Positions 52,485 to 64,000 of a DNA stretch of 64,000 nt are shown in pieces. The position numbers and the translations under genes are program-made. The notes beneath the pieces were generated by a model, which saw only the letters and a program-made list of their open reading frames with translations, made no database searches and was not told where the DNA came from. Origin of the DNA: Camelus dromedarius. Taxonomy: Eukaryota. The stretch's first letter is position 1. Every line of letters starts with the position of its first letter. The stretch spans positions 33,172,001 to 33,236,000 of the forward strand of contig NC_087437.1 in NCBI RefSeq assembly GCF_036321535.1. Reading direction: 5' to 3'.

Positions 52485-55400
52485 GTGAGCCGACCGCCCT
52501 GGTGGGGTGGAGCTGATCATCTCGGAATTCCCAACTTTCCCACGCGGCCTCAGCGCAGCTTCTGGGCTTACCTTCTTTTTTCCTTTGCGACCCCATCCAA
52601 GCCTGTGGACGTTGCTAGCTATTGGTGTCCCGAAGGTGGGGGGTCAGGGGATTGAGCTGGGAGAGTTCTGCCCCACTTTGCTCTCCGAGAAGTCCCAGAG
52701 GCTAGCAACTTGCTTCCTGGGGCCCCAGATAGGAAGGAATCCCTAGATCGTCAAGGTTTCTCTCATGACACTTTATTCTCAGAAAGATTTAACTGCCCTC
52801 CGTCTCCCTCCCACCCTCTAACCCTCACTGTAAGGTTTTGATTGAATCATTAATGGGCAGTCTTTTGTATGTTTCTCACCCTCTTTGGGAAAATGAATGT
52901 GTGTTTCGTTGATAGCTTCACTGAGTAGGTATGTTCTCATGCTCTTACGCTCTGCCAGTGTGGATGTGAAGCAATCGTACTGGTTTGGACTTGTAGTGAC
53001 TTGACGGTGTTTGGTTTAAGTTGTGAAATCCGGTGACCCTGAAAGCAGTTTCTTGAGATAATTTTTAAAGTATCTGCCTGTGTTCCAGCAACTCATTTAT
53101 TCAGCAACATTAGAATGTCAGTATCAGTTTGATATGGAAGTAATAATGTGTTTTTATGGGTTTCGTTGGAATCGGTGTAATCAACAGGTTTAGGAACATC
53201 ATGGTGGATAACTTCATGCTTCTGCTGGGATGTAGAAGAACGCATGGAGGATGCTTTGGGCTTTAGTTTCTTTGCAACTCTCTGTTCCCTCTCCTCCCTT
53301 TGTGGGAAGATGGTGCCCATTCATTAGCTTTAACGCCTGACATTGGTATCCCTTACAGAGATTAAGTCAGGAATCATAAATTTCTGAGTTTAGGAACAAA
53401 AAACAAGAACAATACAAAACACTTAAAATTGCCCCTACTTAAGCAGATTATTTTTAGTAAATTGTGGTTACCTGAATGGATTTTAGAAGCCAGGTTCATA
53501 CCGTTCTAATGACAATTTTCTTTCTTTTGAACTGGTGGCTTCAAATTTAATTGCAACTTGAAACTTGTAGACAGAGTTCGTGGAGAGATGGAGGCAACAT
53601 TATCTTGTGGCCTATCAAAAATCTGTCAATTTTATTACTGAAAAAATAAATCTGAGTGCAAGACTGTCCACCCTCTCCCCATTTCTCTGTTACCCTCCAA
53701 AAGACATTATTATTGTGTTTTAATTCAATCATTTAAAATTCTTATTTTTCTTCATTCTTGGCACTGCATTTGCTAAGTTATTTTGCCTTGGGTATTCTGT
53801 TTGTAGAAATAGAATTCTTGTTTCAAAAACAGGTTTAGTCAGGCTAGTTAAACTCTATTCCTCTGCTCTCAAGATAAGTGGTGACTTTAGGTAACATTAC
53901 TAGGAAACTGCTAAGGATGTTTTTGAAATTTTCAGTGTGTGTGTGTTTTGGTAGCTTTAAGGAAAATATAGCTACTTCATGAAGATGCTAATAAAACAAC
54001 AGACATATGAAACATGAAAGTAAAGTGAAAGAAGAATTAGTTGTTGATTAACATCTTAATCCAGGTTTCCAGTATTTGCTGTGTGTGCACACTAATAATT
54101 TGTAAATAACTTGGCATATTTTCTGTGGGTTATTTAGCTGCAACTTAGAAAATATTGCTGGACAAAGACGTGGCCCCAAAAAGATTTAGCAGTGTCTGTC
54201 CTCAAGCCCCTAGTATAAGCATTTAAAATCACCATTTGAGTAGTAATTGCAACTTGAAACTTTTATATGGGAAGTATTATTGCTTAAAAATATTTGTTTT
54301 TCATTTTTCTAGGCAGCTATTTTTGCTATGATAATCCTGCTGCCCTTCAGACTCAGGTTAAACGGGTAAGTTGATTTTCCACCTTTGTTTCTTTCATTGG
54401 CTCTGGGGAGCAGATGTATTGTTGCCTAGTCTGAAACATCCAGAGAATCCATTTTAACATCTGTTGTCACCAAACCTTGTGCAGCAAGGAGTATCCTTGA
54501 GTTGGAATGAGTGGCTACAAATAATTCATTTATAGCACTTGTGACTTGATATTGTTTCACACCTTCAATAAACAATTGCTATTTCCATAGTATTGGAAAA
54601 AAGTATTGCCAAAATTTCCACAGTATTGCCAAAAAGTATTAGCAGATTTTTGTTTGCATTTCTCTGTCCCATTATGTAATCATCTGAGTGACAAATGATT
54701 TGGTAGGATGGCAATATCCATTTTTTAAATATGGGTATAGATTCTAGAGGATTTTCCATGTCAGTATGTTTAGTCTAGCTTTGTAAAAATGTTTGATATT
54801 TACAGTTTCTTGTATATTTAGATAATTTTTTTCCTTTGTAAGGTTTTTTTGTTGTTGGTTTTTTTTGTTTTATACTTTGGACAGGGAGAAATACATAGAT
54901 TGGCCCTTCACATTCTAGAATGAAAGGGAAAGAAGGTAGGAATTAGTGGGGGGAGGGAAGAGATAGGCTAAGATAATCCTTTTCTGTGTAGGGGGAGCCC
55001 CAATGCAGGTATAGTACACGGGAAATAAAAATATAGAAGATACAGGCAGAGGTAGTCAGAGGTGGTCCCTGTAGTGGGAGAACTGATCTCCATGAAGCCT
55101 CTGAAATGGCTGCAGACTCAAGAAGTTCCTAGGTGTGACCATTTTTCTGGGGCAAGGGCCATGGCTGTTGTGAGAATCTCAAAGCAGTTAGTGACTGCAG
55201 GTAATTAAGAAGATGCATGACCTACCAGAAAGAATGTTTTGGTTTGTTAGTTATTAAACTTAACTGTTTGGAAAAAAAAAGTTCTTTTTTTTTTCTTTCC
55301 ATGTAGGATATGCAGGTGAATACCACGAAATTCATGCTGCTGTATGCCTGGTATTCTTGGCCTAATGTAGTTTTGTGTTTCTTTGGTGGCTTTTTGATAG

Positions 55401-58400
55401 ACCGAGTATTTGGAATACGGTAAGCTTGGACAAAAATCTCACTTATGGGCAGAATGTGATTATTAAGAAAACACAACTAGATGAAGTATTTCTAGAAAGA
55501 ACTGAATGAATTTGTGTATTGACTATGATAATCTGTGTTAGTTTTTTTGTGTGTGTGATTTTTATATCTCTGTAATTGGTTTTTGAAACTTGTTTGGTAT
55601 TTCAGTTACGGTAAATGCTGTTCATGAAATATGGTAACTTGGTTATCAAAAGATAAATTATGCCCTCACTTGGAACCAGCCAGTCAGGGTCTGAATCCCA
55701 TTGGTGCCACTTACTCAACTTCATAGCTATTCTGAGCTGTTCCCAGTTTCCTGAGCTTCCGTCTCCTCATTGGTAAAATATGGATAATAACTTCTGCCTT
55801 GCAAGGTAGTTGTAAGGATTGAGAGAGATGGTTGCACAGTATTTGGCACATATGTTGTATTTGCCGCTCCCAGCCTCAGTGAGATCTTCTCTTTTACCTT
55901 TCTTTAGGCAACGAACTTTTTGTGGCCACTCCTATTAGATGCTGAGGAAGGCATAACATTATAAGCTTTGTCAGTTTCCGTCCTAATGATTGACTGTGTG
56001 TGTGTGTTGTTAGTGGAGACTTTAGGAGGCATGTAGACTCGGAATATTTTCAGAAGGCAGAGAGCAAAATGATCATGGGTTTTCCAGCCATGTCTGGTGG
56101 AAAAGAAGAAACTCTAGGTGTTTAAACTTGGGGATTAACTTTTAAATATTTTAAAGAATGTTTAAAGGAGGACTTAAATTTATTTTGCTTGGTCTATAGG
56201 AGTAGAATTAGCTTGAACGTCAGGGAGACAGATTCCTCTTAGTATGCTGAAGACTTCGCTTGATCAGAGTGACGGGGGGGTCATGAATTGCCTTGGGACC
56301 ACAGTAAATTTTCCAGTAGACTGTGGTATGACCATTTCACAAGGATCTTTGGAAGGATTTGAGTTCAGAAGGATGGTTTACTCCTGTGATCTTTAAGGAC
56401 TCTCCTAATACTGCCACGTTATTCCTCTTGGCAAACATTAATGAGGTAAAGCACAGAATGTTAGAGTAGGCCGAGTTGTAATTTTATCAGCATGAATGAT
56501 AAATAACCTTTTAAAATAGTTTCTAGTTTTCAAGAATTATAACCACTTAAAATTAATCTGGAATTCCTCAGAATCAATCCTAAACTCAATAAAAATTTTA
56601 TAAAGAATGTCCATTTTTAAATGGGAACCCCGGGAACTTCTTAAAGATGATTTAATAAGTTTTGTTTAAGAGGTGATAATGGCTTAAAAAAACATATGCC
56701 ATCACTGAAGCCTCTGGAATCCTCTTAGAAGTCAAGACTTCTGTAGATTGGCGTTCAGCCTACGAAAGCTGCTGAATTCAGAGGCCAGCCAGCACCTCAT
56801 TTTTCTTTCTTTGGAGGGAATGCAGAAGGGTCAAAGAAACCCAAAGTAAATTATTACTGAAGGACTTGGTGACATAACTCTTAATTCATTCTCTCTTTCT
56901 CTAACAGATGGGGCACCATTATTTTTAGCTGCTTTGTTTGCATTGGACAGGTAAGAGAAGCCAAAGCATTCATTGATTCATTGTGACAGTGACTCTTGAA
57001 TTCTTATCCAATTCCACCAACAAAGATATGTTTAATGAATGCCTAATCTAATTAAGCAGGGTTCAGCAGTCCCCATGTAGCATAATGCATAGTCCATTTT
57101 AAACCTTGAGGCAGATGAACATTAATATTTAATTTTCACAGATTTACTAAGAAGGAATATTGAAACCATTGTAGAAGTTGTGTTTCACCCTAAGTTATTT
57201 ATTTCTTTTGAATTTCTTGAATTTACTTTTCATTGTTTTTATATTATATCCTATATCGTAGGTTGTTTTTGCTCTGGGTGGAATATTTAATGCTTTTTGG
57301 TTGATGGAAATTGGAAGATTTGTGTTTGGGTAAGTTCTGGATAATTTTTGTTTATCCCTGCTATATTACTGTTTTAGTGCTCATCTATCAATTTACCAAA
57401 GTTAAAAAAAATATATATTATTGTGTCTTCTGGAGAATTTAAATCCTTGAAATCTAGCTATATGTATAAGACTGTTTAACAGTTTTCTTAATTTTCCTTT
57501 AAAGTAAGCAGCGATCTTGAGTGGTCATAGTTAACTCTGTGTAGGGTTTGAATATAAACTAGTTCTCCAGGAATAGTTTTTCAGGTGTTTTGCTTTTCTG
57601 CTGTATTGAAGACTATGATTTAAACCTCATTTAGAAAAGTATAGACCATCAGTTTCCAGGTGGGTGATTGATGGCCATTTTACTGTTTCTTAGTGGTAAT
57701 GTATAGGTCTTTTTGAACTGTGTTGAAGAGGCTTGGATGAGCATATTACCAAAAGACTGATTGCCCTTCATGAATTTCAGTGTCTGTTCAGTAAGCTCAT
57801 TCTGAGTTCAGCCTTGGGCTTCCTGCCTGGAGGGAGGCAGATAACATAATATTTAAGCTTTTCACAGGTAGCCGGGACATGTAGACATATGTGACATACC
57901 CCTAAAAGGACTCTAAGTGAGAGAGAAGGAAAAAAAATGTGTATGAGATAAGAAAGGGATTCAGAGACGGTCTGAAATCATGGATGAAGTGGGCCCTGAC
58001 ATCAGTGTAGGATTTGGATTAGCAGAAGAGAGGGGAACCATTTCTGGACTGGGACAGTGTGATGAGGAGGGCTCAGTGTTAGGATACAGAGGAGAGGAGC
58101 CTCCTGACTGAAGGTCAATATGTAGAACTTAAAGAAGGGAAATTAAAACCCAGGAAATAGGAGAATGTTGAATATGGAAGATGTTGGCCTGAAAAGTGCT
58201 GATTTTTGTGTTTTCACAAAGTGTGGCCCACTCTCCCCACATGAATGTTTTATATAGCATAGATGGTCATGTGGTAGCCCAAACTCCTTTTATTGCCAGT
58301 CATGGTTATCATTGTAGCATATTAACTCACCCACACTTAGCAGTATAAGGCAACCGTTACATTGTGGACTTTGTGGGTTGGAATTTGGACAGGGTGCAGC

Positions 58401-61400
58401 ATGGACAGTGTGTCTGTGCACCTGATGTCTGGAGCCTAGGCTGGGGTGGCTTTGAGGCTGGCATTGCTGGCTGGAGCGCCTAAGCCTGGCCTCTCCATGT
58501 GTTTTGGCTTTCTCATAGTGTGGTGAACTCAGGGTAGTTGGACTTCTTATAAGGGGACTCAAGGCTCTAAATGCAAATGTTTGAATGAAAAGGCAGATGT
58601 CATCCTGTATGACCCAGCCTTGGGATCACACAATACTGCTTCCACCATATTTTACTGTTCAAAGCAGTCACAGTCTCACCTAGATTCAGGGGAGGGGACA
58701 TAGACCCCACCTTTTGATAGGAAGGGTGTCAAAATTTTAGACCTGCTGTATTGCTAACTGTGGTATTTCTTTAAAAGCTGTGAATTTTTTTCCTCATTCT
58801 AGGATTGGTGGGGAGTCCTTAGCAGTTGCCCAGAATACATATGCTGTGAGTTGGTTTAAAGGCAAAGAATTAAACCTTGTGTTTGGACTCCAACTTAGCA
58901 TGGCTAGAATTGTAAGTATGACAAATGTAATGAAGCCAAATAGGAAGCAAAAAATTGAATCTTTTAGTTACCTGTTAAAGATTACAAGATGAAGTCTATT
59001 TGTGTATAACTTAGATACTGATTTTTAATATATTTTTCTAGACCATAGTATAGCACTTACTTTAGTTAAGGCATTTCTACCCTTATTTCACTTAGGAAAC
59101 AGTCTAAAATCCCTAATTGAGCATTCATTAGTTAAAGAATCTGAGTATTGGGAAGGATCATAAAGGTTTTGTCTCTAGTTTCTGTACCCATTTTTGGCAT
59201 TCCTGCTATGGAAGTCTTTACATCTGGTCATCCAGTCTGCTCGCACATTTCCGGTGATTAGAAGCTCACCGAGTGATGGGACAGCTCATCTACTACAATT
59301 AAGTTTGTGAAACTCAACCTCACATAGACATGAAATCTGCCTGCGTGAGTAGCTTTTACTGACTGCTCCGACTTCTGTCCTCTAGTGAATGTTTCCTCTG
59401 CTGTGCACAGCACTTTGCTTACCAAGGCAGCTCCGAAGGTCTTAGACATGCTTGTTTCCTCTGGTTGTCTAAGCCATGTGGCATAGGTTTCAGCTCACAC
59501 CTCTCTGGACTTCACCGCAGGTGGCCAGTATTCCTCTCAGCGTTTGGAGCCTGGAAATGATCATGGTGTTTCAGGTTTGGTCTGAGAGAGAGTACCCAGG
59601 GGCACAGCATTATGCTGTTATTAATGCAACCTATAAGGTGTTTTGGCAGTCCCAAATCCTGTTAGATTTTTTCCTCATGCACTCCTATGAGTAGAGGTTT
59701 TTTAAAAAAAAATCCTTGCTATTGAAAAATCAAGGTTTCAAAGACTATGTAAATGGCATGAGAATGCTTGTAACATAGTCATAGGGAAGAAACCCAGTAC
59801 AAAAAGTTTTTAATGTGCTATTTCATCATATGAAATATATAGCACACATATATATCATATATTTAACATTTCTATATTTTTGTACATGTAGGTTCGTTCT
59901 AATTTTCCGCTACCATAAATAGTGCTATTATGTGATACTCTTAAAACTCGTCTGCGTCTCTGATTGTTTCCTGAGGCTAAGTTACTAGGAGTGGAATTAT
60001 TACTGAGTCAGAGTTTGTTAGGGTTTCTTAGGACTGTTGGGACCTTTTTCCACCCTGTCCTCTCAGAAATATTTACATCCCCATCTGTGGGCTATGAGAG
60101 GATACTATTAATTATAGCTTTGAGAGTATAGATGATTTTTACTTTAAAAAAAGTCATTTTATCAATTTTGTAGAAAACATCTAAATATTATTTTAATTTG
60201 GAATTCTTTGATAGCTAGTGTGGTTTTCTAAATTTTATGAATTTTACCCACAAGGACATTCTGGGTACTTTGTTATATATTTTGTGCAAGCAGATATGTC
60301 TGTGGCATTTTGTGGATCTTGTTGTCTGATGACTTGTGAAGGAAGGAGATGACTCATTCTCAGTGATGCCATTGTGGTTACTAGTGATCTTCAGGTGTTT
60401 CTCTGTGTGGTCACAAATTAGTTATAAGCCATTCATCTGTGTTCTGAGGTGCCCTACTTTCTAGGAAGGAATCTCAGGGGCTTCTAGGATGCAGAGTGAG
60501 GGTAATGGGAGTGGTGGGGAGACCTGAGGAGGAGGTGGAGTGAGCCACACCTCAGGCAGCCACCTCTCCGTCAGCCAGGGCGGCTTGGCTTTGATCTGAT
60601 TGATGAATTTAGGGTCCTCATGAGACCCATGAGACCAAAATACTCCCATTACAGAGCTGCCGGGATGGATGGAATTTCAGTCTTTTTGTGCTTCTCTTGT
60701 CCCTTTGCAAATTGAAATGATTAGAGAGGTTCGGGCTTTACCTCTCCGGGAATTTTTTGTTAGCTGAGCTGTGAGTTTGTCTGATTTTAGACGCTTAAAC
60801 TGTTACTATTACCCCTTCAGGCAGCGGACTTCTCACTTTTTTTATTATTCTTAGCTGGGGGTTGGAAGTCCAGCACCCTTTTGATTTTCCTTTGTACTTT
60901 GTTACTTTTAAACTCCTTATTTTGACAAATGCTTATTGAGTACTTGCTACGTCAGGTCATGTTAGGCATTTTTGAATTAAAGGATCATTAACACAGTATG
61001 TCTTGAAGGGGCTTGTATTTTCAATGATATTGAAGAAATATTTCCATTAGGTCTCCATTTATACCTTCTTGCTTATTTGAATAAAGCCATTGGCTAACAG
61101 TGAGAAATAACCATGTGAGGTTTGCTCATATGGTGAGCATATGGTTGAGGACACCTTCAGCAGTCTTCAGGGTCTGACCTGTCAGTAGCATTTAGCACAA
61201 TTGACACTCCGCCTTCCTTGATTTCTTCTCTTGAATTCCAGGTCACTGCAGTCTCAGTTTTCCTTGCCTTTCTGTTGGCTCCTTCTGCCTCTTTTGCTGG
61301 TTCAATCTCAGTCTTCTCAACCTATAAATGTAGGCTTGGTCATTGGACACCTCTCATCTTTTAACACTCACCTCCTTGGTAATCTTACCGAGTTTTGAAA

Positions 61401-62983
61401 TGTGAAGATGAATAGCATGTTTCTGCTCCTGAAATTATATCACCCAGGTCTTTCCCTTGAATTCCACCCTTGTATGTGCAGCTTCCTCCTTGACGTTTCC
61501 ATCTGGATATCTAGTTGGCGTATCAAACTCAACACAGCCGAAACCCAGCTCTTGGTGTTCTACCTGCTACCCCTACACCAGCTCATGCTGAAGTTTTCTC
61601 ATCCTCAGTTACAGGCAACTCTTTTTTTTCTGGTTGCTCAGGCAAAAACTTTGATGTCACCCTGAACTGCTTCTCCCCCGTCCCCAGCATACACATACAC
61701 ACTCCATGTATTTTCCATTAGCAAATCCTGTTAGCTTTACGATCAGAATATATCCATATTCTGACCACTTCTCACCACACCCACTGCCAGTGCCCCCAGT
61801 CTAAGAACTGTCATCTCTGTTCTGCGTGATTGCAGTGGCCCCCAACTTATGTCCTTGCTTCTGCTTCATCCCCACCTATGGTCTGTTTTAAATGTAACAC
61901 CCCGAGCAAGACTGTTAAAACATAAGGGATTATGCCACTTCCCTACTCAAAACCCCAGTGGCTTCCCATCTCACACAGAATAAAAGCCAAAGGTCCTTAT
62001 TATCACCAGTAGCCCTCCTCACCTCTCCTCTCTGGGGACCTCATCTCATCTCTCCCTTCTTCATTTGCACTGGTCTAGTCTCCGGCCTCCGTGCGTTGAG
62101 CACACTCCCTCTTGGGGCCGGTGCACCGGCTGTTCCTCCTGCCTCGACGTTGTGCTTCCCACCGGCTAGCCTCAGAGCCAGCTTCCTCCAAGGTTTTAAT
62201 CCAAAGTCACATGCCCAGCAAGGTCTCCACCCCTTTTGTATTCTCCTTCCATACTTTTTTTTTAACCTTACTTTTTTAAAAGTTCGTATTGCTATTTAGA
62301 ATACTACATATTTAACCTGTTCTACCCCCTAAATGGGATAGCTCTCAGTGAGAGCTGCAAGTTTTTCTGTCTTGTTCTTATTATATTCCCAGTAACTAGA
62401 TTAATGACGAGCATGGAATCAGGGTTCCATAACTGCTAAATGAATGAATAAATGAATGAGGATATTATGTACCATAACTATTACTGTCTTAAGGACAGAG
62501 GATGATTTTTTTTTTTTCAGATGTCAATACCAGGAAAAGTTGTGCCTTTTCTGAGCTAAGGTTTATTTTTGTCCTGGGTACTCTGTGAATTTTATACCTC
62601 CTGTTTCATTTTTGTTTTGTCTATTAAGAAGTTCTAGATGTACTGTGCTGTTTTGAATACTAATATTTTCTATAAATTGGCCTTTTTGTGTAGTAATCTT
62701 ACCTGTGGCCTTATCTTAGTTTGTTAGTTTTTTCCTTGTAGTGTTTTTAAAAAATTTATCTGTTGTTTAATATGAACCCTATTATACTTATTTCTCTAAG
62801 CTATCTCCCATCCTGTTTTTTTGAGCAAGACAGAGATATAAATGAAAATTATGTTGCTTTTTACCCCCCTTTTCTTTCAGGGAAGTACAGTAAACATGAA
62901 CCTCATGGGATGGCTGTATTCTAAGGTTGAAGCTTCGTTGGGTTGTCCTGGTCACACAACCCTTGGGGTCACACTTATGATCG
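52313..62983 (+). CDS. MFSD1: MFSD1, major facilitator superfamily domain-containing 1 (lysosomal transporter). 5' part: coding exons 1-7, about 220 codons, 3'-incomplete in this window
   Basis: Exons 52313-52484, 54313-54365, 55307-55419, 56908-56950, 57262-57329, 58803-58911, 62881-62983 (172+53+113+43+68+109+103 nt) join in frame with GT-AG introns. Translation MEEEGEEARALL...LMCFLGFGSYFCYDNPAALQTQVKRDMQVNTTKFMLLYAWYSWPNVVLCFFGGFLIDRVFGIRWGTIIFSCFVCIGQVVFALGG...GIGGESLAVAQNTYAVSWFKGKELNLVFGLQLSMARIGSTVNMNLMGW... matches mammalian MFSD1 as I recall it. Confidence 0.97.
54313..54365 (+). CDS. MFSD1: MFSD1 exon 2
   Basis: tttttctag| acceptor; (G)SYFCYDNPAALQTQVKR; |gtaagt donor; 53 nt. Confidence 0.95.
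55307..55419 (+). CDS. MFSD1: MFSD1 exon 3
   Basis: Long T tract then atgtag|; DMQVNTTKFMLLYAWYSWPNVVLCFFGGFLIDRVFGI(R), containing the MFS motif-A-like GFLIDRVFGIR; |gtaagc donor; 113 nt. Confidence 0.96.
55670..55855 (+). mobile_element. MIR SINE (MFSD1 intron 3)
   Basis: gggtctgaatccca..gccacttact...ctcattggtaaaat..ggataata...gttgtaaggatt. Confidence 0.65.
56908..56950 (+). CDS. MFSD1: MFSD1 exon 4
   Basis: ctctctttctctaacag|; (R)WGTIIFSCFVCIGQ; |gtaaga donor; 43 nt. Confidence 0.94.
57262..57329 (+). CDS. MFSD1: MFSD1 exon 5
   Basis: atcgtag|; VVFALGGIFNAFWLMEIGRFVF(G); |gtaagt donor; 68 nt. Confidence 0.94.
58290..58742 (-). mobile_element. MaLR LTR (MLT1G/H-like) in MFSD1 intron 5
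   Basis: ggcctctccatgtg...ctcagggtagttggacttctta...agattcaggggaggggacatagaccccacc. Confidence 0.7.
58803..58911 (+). CDS. MFSD1: MFSD1 exon 6
   Basis: ttttttcctcattctag|; (G)IGGESLAVAQNTYAVSWFKGKELNLVFGLQLSMARI; |gtaagt donor; 109 nt. Confidence 0.96.
61175..62460 (+). mobile_element. L2 LINE fragment in MFSD1 intron 6
   Basis: atctggatatcta..ggc.tatcaaactcaaca...ctgaccacttctcacca...ending aaatgaatgaataaatgaatga. Confidence 0.8.
62881..62983 (+). CDS. MFSD1: MFSD1 exon 7
   Basis: cttttctttcag|; GSTVNMNLMGWLYSKVEASLGCPGHTTLGVTLMI(G); donor G|gttagt at 62984; 103 nt. Confidence 0.93.
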
Positions 62984-63039
62984 GTTAGTGAGTCCTGACT
63001 TCTCACCTTTGTCTCTCCTGAAAGCTTGTCACATGGACT

Positions 63040-64000
63040 ATTGAGGCAGAGAGGAAAGAACACTGGGATTGGAGTCAGACCACTTGGTTATAGTTTTGCC
63101 TGCACGGTTCACTAGTTCTTGGACCTAATTAGACATAATGAATGTAGTGGCATCATTTACCCCACTTGTGTTTTTATTTCCACTTTCCTAAAATGAGGAT
63201 CTTGTCCCACCGTGTCTGCTTCAGTGTTGTTTTGATTGGCAGTTGGGAGAGTGTGTGTGAGAATGAAAACAGGGAGTTCATACATGTAAAGTGCTAGTTA
63301 ATAGTCTGTAGGAGAAGGAGAATTGTTTCTTTTTGATCAAATTCAGTTAGTGTGCCTGTGGAGCTTAGATTTATAGAAGTCAGAGGTGATGGGTTTTGGT
63401 GGGAAATCCACCAAGTTGGCAGCCGGAGTCTGGGTTCTCGTCCTGTCCCTGACTAGTTCTGTCACCTTGGACAAGGAAGTTAACCTCTGTGTCTCAGTTT
63501 TCATTTCTGTAAAATTGTGGGTGTTTGACTAAAATGGTATAGGTCCCTTCTGGCCCTGAGTTCTTTGCTGGTTGCTGGGTGGGTCACTGAGACGCGGACG
63601 AGGCCCTCTGGATTCAGCACCCATGCTGCTTTGCTGAGCAGTGCATTTGTCTAACTGAGCCCCATGGTGTGTGGAGAGCTGCTTGCACAGCCCTGGAGAG
63701 GCCTGTGGGGTGGTGGGCTGAGGTTCTGTGCTGTCTTTTATTAGATGGGCAGCTTGTATCTAGAGACTCCTCCTTTCTTACCTCCCTCTCATGTCCTCTG
63801 CCACCTGAAACCTCTTTCTTGCTCTCCAGTGCTCTTCTGTATTCCTTCTAATTCTCCACAATGGAGAATTGAGAATCTTAAAGAATTTTAGAGCCAGAAA
63901 AGATCTGTACCATCAGGTCAAAGCCTCTAATTTTACAGATGGGAAAATTGAAGCCCAGAGAGGTTAAGTTCCTTGTCCAAGGTCAATTCAATCAGCTTGT
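63040..64000. mobile_element. MIR fragments in MFSD1 intron 7 (about 63040-63300, 63420-63565, 63875-64000)
   Basis: tcaccttggacaagg.agttaacctctgtgtctcagttttcatttctgtaaaat; ttttacagatgggaaaattgaagcccagagaggttaag. Confidence 0.7.

Larger units (their letters stand above)
51920..52570. promoter_or_regulatory. CpG-island promoter of MFSD1
   Basis: Abrupt GC- and CpG-rich stretch spanning exon 1, in an otherwise CpG-depleted window; no TATA box seen. Confidence 0.9.

Noticed and set aside
51802..52596. Overlapping 111-209 aa ORFs on both strands
   Set aside because: Stop-poor frames are expected in a GC-rich CpG island. Only 52313-52484 has protein homology and a splice donor.
58780..58992. Stand-alone 70-aa ORF
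   Set aside because: It is MFSD1 exon 6 read through into flanking intron sequence.
1..64000. A novel multi-gene system, CRISPR array or prokaryotic-style operon
   Set aside because: The window is mammalian intergenic DNA plus one known spliced gene. I saw no repeat-spacer array and no unexplained long ORF.

Overview
Mammalian genomic DNA, most likely camelid. That assignment rests on a Vic-1-type tRNA-derived SINE, young L1s with a shared 3' end, and no Alu, B1/B2, BovA/BovB, PRE1 or SINEC copies that I could see. The first ~51.8 kb is repeat-rich intergenic sequence (L1 of several ages, L2, MIR, MaLR/ERV LTRs, hAT and TcMar MITEs) with no supportable cellular gene. A CpG-island promoter at ~51.9-52.6 kb carries a cluster of E-box/CLEAR/M-box motifs. 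It is followed by coding exons 1-7 of MFSD1 (lysosomal MFS transporter) on the + strand; the gene continues past the window end. All seven exons have GT-AG boundaries and join into one open frame. I found no evidence of a new multi-gene system. The best leads are an L1 insertion whose target-site duplication encloses an extra ~270 bp (3' transduction), an 18-bp register of E-boxes in the MFSD1 promoter, a competing +4 splice donor on exon 7, and an unexplained exact 19-bp repeat in intron 1. Repeat subfamily names are from recalled consensus sequences and their boundaries are approximate.
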